34,308 nucleotides of DNA from Octopus sinensis (Eukaryota), in the NCBI RefSeq assembly GCF_006345805.1, contig NW_021831724.1, positions 1 through 34,308 of the forward strand, given 5' to 3'. Positions within the stretch are counted from its first letter, which is position 1. Every line of letters starts with the position of its first letter. Under the pieces are notes generated by a model, which saw only the letters and a list, made by a program, of their open reading frames with translations, was not told the origin of the DNA and did no database searches. The translations under genes and the position numbers were made by a program. Positions 23,169-34,081 of this stretch are shown piece after piece.

Positions 23169-23435
23169 AAAATAATAGTTATCGCCATACTAATATGGCA
23201 TTCTTATAAAAATAAGAATAAAGCTGTCCGCTTATTAGCTCCATGAGGCCATCGCCTTAAGTTAGCTATTTGATACACAAACTGTATCCATATAACCTCC
23301 GAACAAGGTTATATGGATACAGTTTGTGTATCAAATAGCTAACTTAAGGCGATGGCCTCATGGAGCTAATAAGCGGACAGCTTTATTCTTATTTTTATAA
23401 GAATGCCATATTAGTATGGCGATAACTATTATTTT
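23169..23435. repeat. Perfect inverted repeat: 130-bp arms (23169-23298 / 23306-23435) with 7-bp spacer CCGAACA
   Basis: Base-by-base reverse-complement check found no mismatch. Embedded between (TA)n runs. Confidence 0.97.
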
Positions 23436-23455
23436 ATATATATATATATATTTAT

Positions 23456-23520
<65 letters not shown>

Positions 23521-23672
23521 ACTACATACATAAACAATCAAATACAGATATGAATACATGCATACGGGCACACATACATACACCCATACATACATGCATA
23601 CACACACATGCATACCACATACATACACACATACATACTCACATACGTATATACATACATTCACACATATAC

Positions 23673-23740
23673 GTTTATACAGTCACATATTTATGTTCTT
23701 TTCATTTGTTTGAGTCATTGAATTGCGTTTTCCAAAACTC

Positions 23741-23743
<3 letters not shown>
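23673..23743. repeat. 'C' segment copy III, left part (interrupted by a LINE)
   Basis: Matches the start of copies I and II and resumes at 26206. Confidence 0.9.
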
Positions 23744-23801
<58 letters not shown>

Positions 23802-26205
23802 TAATTGTGTACAGTGCTCAGGTGCACTACAACTCATCTAAAGTGTATATATAATCAGGTGCAGTTTCGGTGCATTTCGGAAAGCATGAGGGCCTTAAAG
23901 GATGTAGTGTCATGGCAGTCAACAACTGACGCAGGCAGTTTATTCCTTGCTTCAGCAACTCTGAGCGTGAAAAAATGTTTCCGAAAGTCATGGGAGCTGT
24001 GTTGTTTACTGACTTTGTAGGCATGTCCACGTGTGTTAGACACATGGAGATCAAAAAGGTGTTCAGTGTTGTTGTTGGTAAGGTGGTTGATAACCTTGTG
24101 GGTGTTTACCAAGTCCGTCGCCAGACGCCGGAGCTTCAGTGAATCCATGCCCAGGGAAACAAGGCCCTCAGAATATGGTAGGTGTCTGATGGGGGTATGC
24201 GTTTGGTTGCACGTCTCTGGACAGATTCCAGAGGTCAATGTTCTGAGCAAGATAGGTGTTCCAAACTGATGATGCGAATTCCAAGTGTGGTCGTACCATA
24301 GCTGTATACAGTTTTAACTAGATGGCTGGAGAGCGGCTAACAAAAGTCTTGCTGAGTGATGCCAAGACACCCTCGGCCTTCTTGACAATTTTAGAGATAT
24401 GCTTTGTCCAACGCAAATCACTACTGACAGTGATGCCTAGGTCACGCTCGCAAGAGGATTTCTTGATATCAGTGTTGTGGAAGGAGTATGTGGATGCAGG
24501 GTTTTCTCTCCCAAAATGCATGGTGGTACACTTGTCCACAACCAGTTTCAGTTGCCAGTCTGTGATCCATTGCTGCATTGTGTCTAGGTCTGATTGCAGG
24601 AAAGAGTTGTAGACATAAGGATCTGTCCTCTTGATTTCAAGGTACAGCTTGATGTCGTCTACATATTTCAATACTGTGGCATTCTTTAAATGACATATAT
24701 GTCATTAATGTATGCCACAAACAAGAGGGGACCAAGAACAGATCCCTGTGGTACACCCGATGACATCTCATATGGTGTAGAATGCTGTCCTAGAACTGTG
24801 ACTACCTCCTTTCGGCTGAGAATGAAGGATTTCAACCAGTTAAAAAGGTCATCCCTCACACCCATTGCAGAGAGTTTCACCATAAGCCTTTTGTGTGGCA
24901 CAGAGTTGAAAGCCTTAGCAAAGTCAAGGTAGACAACATCCACCCATGAGCCACTGTCAGTGATCTGAGTAATGTCTTCAAGGAACTCGACAAGCTGATC
25001 ACTGCAGCTGGAGTTAGGGAGAAATCCATATTGTGAGGGTCGGATGAGACTGTGAGAGCTCCAGAAGTTCCAGAGTGTTTCTCTGACACACGATTCCATC
25101 AGTTTTGCAATACAGCTAGTGAGACTGACTGGGCGATAGTTGACAGGTGATGTGCGGTCGCCCTTTTTGAACAGAGGAATGACACTGGCAGTTTTCCACT
25201 GCTCCAGAGTAGCACCATTGTTGAGACAATACTGGAAAAATAGAAAGCTGGTGTAAAAGGAATTACCTGCCACGTTTGAGAAGCAGGTATGTAACTCCAT
25301 CGAGACCAGGGGAGGCATAGTTGCGCTTATTTTGAAGGTGACGTCGCAGCATTGCAGGTGTAAATTCCATAGTTTTTATGGATTTTGCTGTTAGTGATGG
25401 TGAAGATGGTACATTTTGACTTTCAACAGTGAATATGTTTGCATAGCACTCGGCAATGAGTTCTGCGCATTCCTTGGGGTCGTCAGTGATCTAGTTTGTG
25501 TGAGGGTTGCGAAGAGGGCCCACTAGAGAGTGAGGTCTCTGCTTTGAATGCACATTTCCAGGAAACCTTGCTGTCAGGATTGGCCGCTATGTTCAAATTC
25601 AAGCACTGCTTTTTTTGTCACTTGCTTGAGATGGTTGGAAGATTTATTCCGCTTCTTCCTGTTGGTGTCTGATTTATGCAATTTGTATTCCCGTTCAGCA
25701 GTCCGACGTTCTTTCCTGGCAAGTCGGACCGCTGAAGTTTCCCAAATTGCCCTTTTGGGGCGGTTCTTCTTTTTATGTTTACGTAGCACTGATGCTGCAC
25801 ATGCTGCCCATATTGAGTCCAGTATACTCTGGAGTATAGTATTCACATCTCCAGAGTTGTAGAATTCACACCAGTTTGGGTGCTGTACTTCAGTGTGGTA
25901 CAGGTTCCAATCTGCTCTCTTCCAATCGAAGGAAGCAGATTGGAGATGGTTCAGGTTTTTGTTACCCGCAAGAGCCAGATTGGCGATGATCATAGCATGA
26001 TCAGAGTCACCAAGAGGTTCCTCCGTAGTGCAATTGATAACCACTTCAGGAGTTGTGGTGAAGAGCAGGTCCAAGGTGTTGCCGCCTCTTGTTGGAGAGG
26101 TGACTACTTTTGACCAGTTTGAGTCCAGTACAAGTTCAACAAAATCGTTTGCAATCTGTGGCCAATGGAAGGTTTCCCAATTGATCTCAGGATGATTGAA
26201 ATCGC
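23744..26205 (-). mobile_element. CR1-clade LINE (family B), 5'-truncated in the endonuclease, with (ATT)n tail
   Basis: Minus ORFs: GDFNHPEINW, PTRGGNTLDL, GDSDH, NYRPVSLTS, YLDFAKAFNSVPH, GVPQGSVLGPLLF, YVDDIKLY, TRGHAYK..FFTLRVAEARNKLP. Several frameshifts. (AAT)n run at 23744-23804. Confidence 0.94.
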
Positions 26206-27003
26206 CTCCTAATTCCCTCCGAACACACCTAGAGCGGGCTCTTTGAGAATTTATACGCCTTCCTCTAATTAAACCACTCCACAACTAAAGTGTTCTTCGT
26301 TGCTCAGTTCTTGTTTAGTAATCTCTCATCTATATACAGCAGCAGAACAGTGTCCCTTTGTTCTCTTTTTACATCCTTCTTTCCTTTTTGACACTAAATC
26401 CACATTTTCCAAACAATTGCAGTGGCGTCATCGAACTTAAGAACCCCAAGTTACTAATGTTCAAATTTCATTTATATATATATATATATTCAACTTGTAA
26501 CTTGTGAATTAATTTGTATATCTAAATAAAGAAACTCTTACGAGCTTTAATAGGGTATACAGCTTTACAGCGTAACATCAATATGTTAATTTTAGATTAA
26601 AAAGAAATCTTAATTATCATAATTTAGAGTACCATTTAACTTAAGGACAACGTGTAACATTTCATATTTTGTTGTTTTTTTTTTTTTTGCTTTTAAAATT
26701 CATTCTGAAATCCCTAAAAGCAATAAAATCACAGAGTCAGTATTTTGGGAACCCAAAATTACTTAATACAGCTTTGCATCTGCGAAACATAGAAATGTTC
26801 TGATTATTTATCACTGTGGCGGAGATTTTTTTGTCTCACTTTTGGCTAAAAATGTTTTTAAAAAATTCTCCTTATTCTTTGTCTTAATACTTTTCAAAGC
26901 TCTACCCCACCTTTACCATGAATTTTCGATGGTATTTAGGTCGGGCGACAGCGCTGGTCACTGCATCAACCGAAATCTGTTAGTTCTGATGTAGTTTCTG
27001 ACT
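26206..27003. repeat. 'C' segment copy III, right part
   Basis: Collinear with copies I and II. It continues into unique sequence instead of B. Confidence 0.9.
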
Positions 27004-27380
27004 ATGTGCCATTCAGCTCCTTCTCTCTTACCCATCATAACTATTAGGTAACTTTAAAATTGAAGGACTCTTTAAGAATCACTTATAAGGTCTTTTCTAA
27101 TATGTGGTAATTTTTCATGCTACAAACAGAAGTCACATTTACCTTACCTTTATGTTAGTCAATAAAGCCAAGAAAAAAAAATGGAAATCATTCTGAAATT
27201 ACACAAAATAATGTTTATTTTTAATTTTATATTTATATGTTGAATGTTACGCTGCAAGGTTGTTTACCATATTAAAGCTCGTGAAATTGTCGTTATTTTC
27301 ATATACATCTTAATTCACAATTTACAACTTGAATATATAAAAGCAATTCCATTTTACCATTATTATACTAGCGTTCTTCA

Positions 27381-28749
27381 ATTAGATGGTCCCACCGTAT
27401 ATACTTCATCCTCTGACGTTACTTAGTAATGTCCAGAGTAATGGTCAGCAAGTAATGGGTCTATAATCGCTGGCTTCCCTCCTTAAATTAGAGGGTCCTA
27501 CCGTATATACTTCATCTTCTGACGTTACTTAGTAATGTCCAGAGTAATGGTCAGCAAGTAATGGGTCTATAATTGCTGGCTTCCCTCCTTAAATTAGATG
27601 GTCCCACCGTATATACTTCATCTTCTGACGTTACTTAATAATGTCCAGAGTAATGGTCAGCAAGTAATGGGTCTATAATTGCTGACTTCCCTCCTTAAAT
27701 TAGATGGTCCCACCCTATATACTTCATCTTCTGACGTTACTTAATATGTCCAGAGTAATGGTCAGCAAGTAATGGGTCTATATTGCTGACTTCCCTCCTT
27801 AAATTAGATGGTCCCACCGTATATACTTCATCTTCTGACGTTACTTAGTAATGTCCAGAGTAATGGTCAGCAAGTAATGGGTCTATAATTGCTGGCTTCC
27901 CTCCTTAAATTAGATGGTCCCACCGTATATACTTCATCTTCTGACGTTACTTAGTAATGTCCAGAGTAATGGTCAGCAAGTAATGGGTCTATAATTGCTG
28001 GCTTCCCTCCTTACATTAGATGGTCCCACCGTATATACTTCATCTTCTGACGTTACTTAGTAATGTCCAGAGTAATGGTCAGCAAGTAATGGGTCTATAA
28101 TTGCTGACTTCCCTCCTTACATTAGATGGTCCCACCGTATATACTTCATCTTCTGACGTTACTTAATAATGTCCAGAGTAATGATCAGCAAGTAATGAGT
28201 CTATAATTGCTGGCATCCCTCCTTAAATTAGATGGTCCCACCGTATATACTTCATCTTCTGACGTTACTTAATAATGTCCAGAGTAATGGTCAGCAAGTA
28301 ATGGGTCTATAATTGCTGGCTTCCCTCCTTAAATTAGATGGTCCCACCGTATATACTTCATCTTCTGACGTTACTTAGTAATGTCCAGAGTAATGGTCAG
28401 CAAGTAATGGGTCTATAATTGCTGGCTTCCCTCCTTAAATTAGATGGTCCCACCGTATATACTTCATCTTCTGACGTTACTTAGTAATGTCCAGAGTAAT
28501 GGTCAGCAAGTAATGGGTCTATAATTGCTGACTTCCCTCCTTAAATTTGATGGTCCCACCGTATATACTTCATCTTCTGACGTTACTTAATAATGTCCAG
28601 AGTAATGATCAGCAAGTAATGAGTCTATAATTGCTGGCTTCCCTCCTTAAATTAGATGGTCCCACCCTATATACTTCATCTCCTGACGTTACTTAATAAT
28701 GTCCAGAGTAATGGTCAGCAAGTAATGGGTCTATAATTGCTGACTTCCT
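27381..28749. repeat. 106-bp minisatellite, 13 units (one of 104 bp; last partial)
   Basis: Unit starts (ATTAGATGGTCCC or variant) at 27381, 27487, 27593, 27699, 27803, 27909, 28015, 28121, 28227, 28333, 28439, 28545 and 28651. Confidence 0.98.
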
Positions 28750-29110
28750 TTCTGCTTTTCTTTGTCCTTCTCTATCAGTACACACCATCAATTTTGTTAT
28801 CCATGTTGGCGTTCTATTTTCTTTGCATTCAATAAAAACCGTTCGGATATGGCTGCGTATTCTTGGGAGATTTTGGAACTGGAAGCCCTCTGTACCATCT
28901 GATCCTAAGATTTTCCCGTTTGGTTTTTTCTTGGTTATCATTTTTACTTTCTTATCCATAATTGTTATATTCTCTCGAGTCACCCCGTCCTCCATTTCTG
29001 CAATAAATCCCTGCAATCAGTCAGTTACGTGGGATTTCTTTGCTCTAGATTTTAGAAATGCTTCGTAAAGTGTCCTTCAGTTGTCACAATCAATGAGCAA
29101 CATTTCTAGA
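28750..29110 (-). mobile_element. RLE-type (R4/Dong-like) LINE fragment, pre-RT and RT N-terminal region
   Basis: Minus: ITIMDKKVKMITKKKPNGKILGSDGTEGFQFQNLP...TPTWITK...(V)LIEKDKEK, similar to KKMPNWKAPGPDGVQGFW.K.L...TPxW.T.G..VLI.KDK. Runs directly into the array. Confidence 0.72.
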
Positions 29111-30029
29111 AAAGAAAAAAATACTTCTTAATTTTTTATGTGTAAAACAACGCAAAAGTCAGAGTAATTGACTGTTATTTTCAGCATGATTCTAGGTGAG
29201 CTGTAGGCAATATTGTTTATAGAGTATTCTTAAAGTGCCCTTCAATTTTTCCTTGCCGTTTTAAGAATCTGGTGACATCATAAATAGGTCAATTTCTTTT
29301 TATAAATGCTTCTGAATATTCTTCAGTTTTTACACGAAAAACAAAGGGAATTTGGCTTCTGTTTCTAGCATGAAAAATTACTACATATTAGAAAAGTTCT
29401 TCTAAGTGTTTTTTAAAGAATCCTTCAATTTTCTATGACTTTTCATGCAATTAAAAGCGATATTGATGGAAAATCGTCAGAAGAGCAAAAACACTGTGAT
29501 TTATTGAGTCTCTTTTCACCAGCGACACGATTTGCCATCCGATGTGTGGAGTCGTGTAGTGAAGGTTTGTATAGAGAACTGTCTTATCCGCCGACCCCAG
29601 CAAATTATTCTCTATAGCATCCCAGGGTTTCCTCTTAAGCAACGTTTCCTAAACACGAACGCTGACCACCTCAAACCTTTCCAGTCGACGTCATCAGACC
29701 TCATCAACGTCAAATGGCTTCGTTTTCTTCGGTCGAATTCATACGATGAAATGGATGTGAGTCGAACTGTGCAAGACAAGCCGTTTTCTATAGACATCGG
29801 ATAAAGACGGCAGCAAACGATTCGAAGGCAGATATAAGACAGAGACATAGAAGGAATTTCAGTTCTCGACAATTTAAAAGCTTTCTGTCGGTAGAAACTT
29901 AAAAATCAAGCTCTGTGTTATGGAGTCAAAAAGCGTTTAAATAAATCTCACCCCAATACAGCCAGGTCCCGTCTGACTTTCTTTGATCCCTTGTTAAACC
30001 AAATACACAGGGAAAACATGGACACCCAA

Positions 30030-30700
30030 CTCAGTATGACTCCCTTCCGTAAAACCCTGTCTATACAATCGTTCTTTAGCAGAAAGTTGGAGGGTCACTC
30101 AGACACAATGTCTAAGAGAATCTTGCTTTCTACACTGAGCAAGGGGATGACTCGTCATAGGTTGATAATCTCGGCCCTTGTCTCCTTCGGTATATTCATC
30201 CCTTCGATGTATGTCTGTGACTGGGTAACCTATCTTCTCCTCCAGGTCATATGTAGGACCCTCCACACCCGATAGAGTAGCTTCCAGCAATCCTTATATA
30301 CATTGTAAACCATTCTACTATGCTGTGATAAATCTCACCATCTTCATCACTTTTCCCATTTCACTTATGCTCGGCTCCTTCAGATTCCATTCCACTGTTG
30401 GTTCTGGCAGTGTAAGCAGTACCTTGCCAGAACCCAGCAGCTGGTCCCTCCTAATGTCACTATAAATGCGCGTGAAGGGGTTGTTTTGAGGGTTTTGGGA
30501 AACAGGTTAAGTAGTCCCCTCCTCTTCTCTAAATATGGAGGTGAACCAGGAATGCCGCTGTCTACCTTGTCCTCTCTCTTTCAGCGTCACTCCATTCTGG
30601 TCAGAATGAGGAACTGGTCCCTGAAGACCACCAGAACATATGTAAGACCAGTCTTTACAACCCACCCACCCCTCTGCTTCCTTGAACTATTTTCTGATTT
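30030..30700 (-). mobile_element. Degraded RLE-type LINE RT N-terminal fragment (HERO-like)
   Basis: Minus: YSDIRRDQLLGS...EPTVEWNLKEPSISE...YNVYKDCWKLL...EGMNIPKE...IPLLSVESKILL...FLLKNDCID, similar to TYSD..R...LG / EGVFIPKE / ISLLNVEGKIFF / FL..N.YID of R2-group HERO elements. Clade is inference. Confidence 0.62.
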
Positions 30701-31026
30701 CTAACATATTCACAAGATTTTAATCGATGGGGAGGGGCATAATCGATACAATTGACCCAGGAATGCGACTGGTGCATTATTCTATTGTCCAGAGAAGGAT
30801 GAAAGACAAAAGTTGACTTGGAGCAGTTTTAAATCTAAAATTCTGACTTAACAAACGTAATTAAAAGACTAAGGGAAGTAAATTAAATCTGTTTGTTTTT
30901 TGCTTTTTTGCCCGTCCGATGAAATACGCTGTCACGTGGTTAGTGGATGCGAGAGATGAAGAGAACGAGAGAAATTGATAACAACATGGAGAGGAGAAAG
31001 ACTTGGTTCAATAGTTTGTTGAAGTA

Positions 31027-31048
31027 AGAGAGAGAGAGAGAGAGAGAG

Positions 31049-31104
<56 letters not shown>
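31027..31104. repeat. Compound (GA)n(GT)n(GA)n microsatellite
   Basis: Direct. Confidence 0.97.
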
Positions 31105-31522
31105 GGACGGGGGAGAGAAATATAAAATGCTTAGCAGAGGGAAAATTTAAACATGATATAATGGTAAGAAACTTTCAAGGAAACTGAAAAGCAGAGCGAC
31201 TCCAGAGAAGAGAAACCCCACTCGGGGGTAAGTGTTTCGGCCCTTGACTTATTGGTGGTGGTGCATGTGATGGTGGTGATGGTAACGAAATGGCGTGCGA
31301 AATGGTGTAAAGAGAAGTACAGGGTCAAGTCACTAGGACAAGCCCAGGAAGTGTAACGTGGAAGGGAAAATATGAACCAAAGAGTATAGAGTGAGTATTT
31401 ACAAAAGATAAGAGAACGTGTTCAAGATGGAATAGAAAAGGAAGATGAGAGACAACATCCCACCCCCCCAAAAAAAACTGTAAACATTTGGTTGAAAATT
31501 ATAATATTAGTGACATAAATAT

Positions 31523-31662
31523 TCTTTACTATTCTAGGCACAAGGCCCTAAATTTTAGGGGAGAGGGCCAGTCGATTAGATCGACCTCAGTACGCAGTTA
31601 ATTTATTGACCCCGAAAGGATGAAAGGCAAAGTCGACCTCGACGAAATTTGAACTCAGAACG
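31523..31662 (-). mobile_element. tRNA-derived SINE 3' fragment
   Basis: Reverse complement reads CGTTCTGAGTTCAAATTTCGTCGAGGTCGACTTTGCCTTTCATCCTTTCGGGGTCAATAAAT...; same family as 8700-8865. Confidence 0.88.
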
Positions 31663-31999
31663 AAAGTGACAAATATTCTCTGAAAACATTGGGGAAGCTC
31701 TTCGATTTCTAAATGAGCCTCTGAACTGCTGAAAGAACGGGTAAGTTATGATCCCTTTCAAAAGAACTGAAAGTTTATTTTTAATGCAAAAACTGCAGAA
31801 TTGATCTTTTCGTAAAAATTTAGGCTCTAGAATTGTTCCTTTTCGTTTGTTTCGCTTGGGCCGAAAATAAGTACCCCTGAAAAATAGGGTCCTTTTTTTT
31901 CAGGGACACACTTATGATACCATATCTACACTCGACCCTGAAAACCTAAGCCCACAGTACATTCAATTATATTTAATTAATACTAATGAAGCATTGCAA

Positions 32000-32334
32000 G
32001 AACATTTCTGGAACCACCATTAACTCTGGATTACACTTATTGTCCAATCCTCATATACTTCATTAATATTCCTCGCACTTTCCGTTGCGTTGTTGCCTTT
32101 ATTGAACTCATAAAGCAAAATATGCCGAATATGGTCCTTTGTCACTTCCGTTACAGGTTTGAAAAAGATAACTGTGAAAATCGAACTGCACTCTTCAACA
32201 CTTGCAGTAAAAATAACTAAAAAGTACAATTACTACCTGCTTTTATAGCAAGTTGATGCAAGTAGTTTATCCAGTTCCCCTCCGAATTTTCATGCAATTG
32301 AAGAAAAACGAATTATTTATGGGATGACCCAATA
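32000..32334 (-). mobile_element. Mariner 5' end: TA, left TIR, 5' UTR and HTH start
   Basis: Minus strand begins TATTGGGTCATCCCATAAATAA. The start codon is decayed to ACG at 32151: (M)EVTKDHIRHILLYEFNKGNNATESARNINEVY...WFQK. Confidence 0.88.
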
Positions 32335-32659
32335 TTGTGAACTGATTTGATGAAGTTGTGGATGAAATCAATAAGGATTAAGATAAATGGTGAAAAACGT
32401 GGACGAATTTATGTGACTACGTTAAAATTATGTATGTATGTAGCTTAGCTTGCTATACATATATCTATTTGTATACGAAATGTTACTGTTCGATATATAT
32501 ATAAACATACACACGTACACACTGTCACACCGACATATATCCATGCTGGCGTTATAACGCCGTTGTCTAAGGGAGGGAATTCCCAACATATATTTTGAGA
32601 GTGATCTCCCTTGACAGCAAAATTCCCGTCTTCAACGTACACAGAATAATTTCTCTTTT

Positions 32660-33040
32660 GTTGTGGCCATGTCTTGGGGCGTTTCTATGTATCATCTCAA
32701 GAATCGATTTCATTGCGTTTGAGATGCATATAGCCAATATTGATTTGTTGTGTTAAGTGAATCTCTTTCAAACCATGTGGAACCGAAATATCGAGCTTCT
32801 TCAGGAGTCAAGACATCTCAAGCGATTTTCAGTTGTGTGATAGAATGGCTTCGATTCGGTCATCATCGACTCCAGTAAGTCGACCAGAGCATTGGTCATC
32901 TTTGAGTGAAAAATCTGCTGAACGGAATTTTTGAAACCATTTCTGAAATGTGCGTTTTGTTAAGCAATCCACTCCATGAACTTCACGTGTTTCTTTGTAG
33001 GGCTCGGCAGCTCTGTTGCCTTTATGGAAATGAAAAAGCT
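32660..33040 (-). mobile_element. Mariner transposase N-terminal fragment (mellifera-like), internally deleted
   Basis: LFHFHKGNRAAE...CLTKRTFQKWFQKFRSADFSLKDDQCSGR..VDDDRIEAI, then KKLDISVPHGLKEIHLTQQINI..HLKRNEID (WVPHEL-motif region). Confidence 0.88.
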
Positions 33041-33394
33041 GTAGGGAATACGACCGTACGTAAGGAGCTGGTGACTGAAATTGTCTCCTTTTTAACGCCG
33101 CACGGTCGTCCTAACAAAGAAGAAGCCAAAGGTATGGTATAAATGAATAAGTGCCATAAGGAATTAATGACGACAACCGTTCTACTGTTTGAGAGAAGAA
33201 GACTTGGTTTACAGTAGTGTACAATAAGATGAAGTGTTGTGTCTGAGTGCGACAAGTGTTTGTGTCTGTGTGTACGTGTGTGCGACAGAAGTACAAACGA
33301 AGGTGTATGCGTATGAAACTGTCTGTCGCTGGAACCGGAATTGGCTGAGTCACTCTGTAGTCAGAGGTTTGTCCTGAAAAGGACTGGAACCTAA

Positions 33395-34081
33395 GAGTGT
33401 AGTCCTCACCTAGATGGACACTGGATGTGAGTGGAGTGTTGTCCTCACCTAGCTGGACACTGGATGTGAGTGGAGTGTAGTCCTCACCTAGATGGACACT
33501 GGATGTGAGTGGAGTGTATTCCTCACTTAGATGGACACTGGATGTGAGTGGAGTGTAGTCCTCACCTAGATGGACACTGGATGTGAGTGCAGTGTAGTCC
33601 TCACCTAGATGGACACTGGATGTGAGTGGAGTGTAGTCCTCACTTAGATGGACACTGGATGTTAGTGGAGTGTAGTCCTCACCTAGATGGACACTGGATG
33701 TGAGTGGAGTGTAGTCCTCACCTAGATGGACACTGGATGTGAGTGGAGTGTAGTCCTCACCTAGATGGACACTGGATGTGAGTGGAGTGTAGTCCTCACC
33801 TAGATGGACACTGGATGTGAGTGGAGTGTAGTCCTCTCCTAGATGGACACTGGATGTGAGTGGAGTGTAGTCTTCACCTAGATGGACACTGGATGTGAGT
33901 GGAGTGTAGTCCTCACCTAGATGGACACTGGATGTGAGTGGAGTGTAGTCTTCACCTAGATGGACACTGGATGTGAGTGGAGTGTAGTCTTCACCTAGAT
34001 GGACACTGGATGCGAGTGGAGTGTAGTCCTCACCTAGATGGACACTGGATGTGAGTGGAGTGGAGTCCTCACCTAGATGGA
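33395..34081. repeat. 39-bp minisatellite, about 17.6 units (GAGTGTAGTCCTCACCTAGATGGACACTGGATGTGAGTG)
   Basis: Direct head-to-tail repeats with scattered single substitutions and no indels seen. Confidence 0.98.

Noticed and set aside
27381-28749. Regular 106-bp periodicity as a CRISPR-like array
   Set aside because: There are no unique spacers; whole units are repeated. The context is eukaryotic, with no cas genes.
29480-29900. Relatively GC-balanced island with three short ORFs, possibly a transposon relic
   Set aside because: I could not match any frame to a motif I recognise. It needs tBLASTx against Dfam/Repbase before any call.
31875-31905. 10-bp inverted repeat followed by or overlapping a T-run (terminator-like)
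   Set aside because: Short A/T-run-based stem expected by chance in AT-rich DNA; intrinsic terminators are not relevant in this eukaryotic context.
33395-34081. 39-bp repeat as CRISPR direct repeats
   Set aside because: Units are head-to-tail with no spacers.
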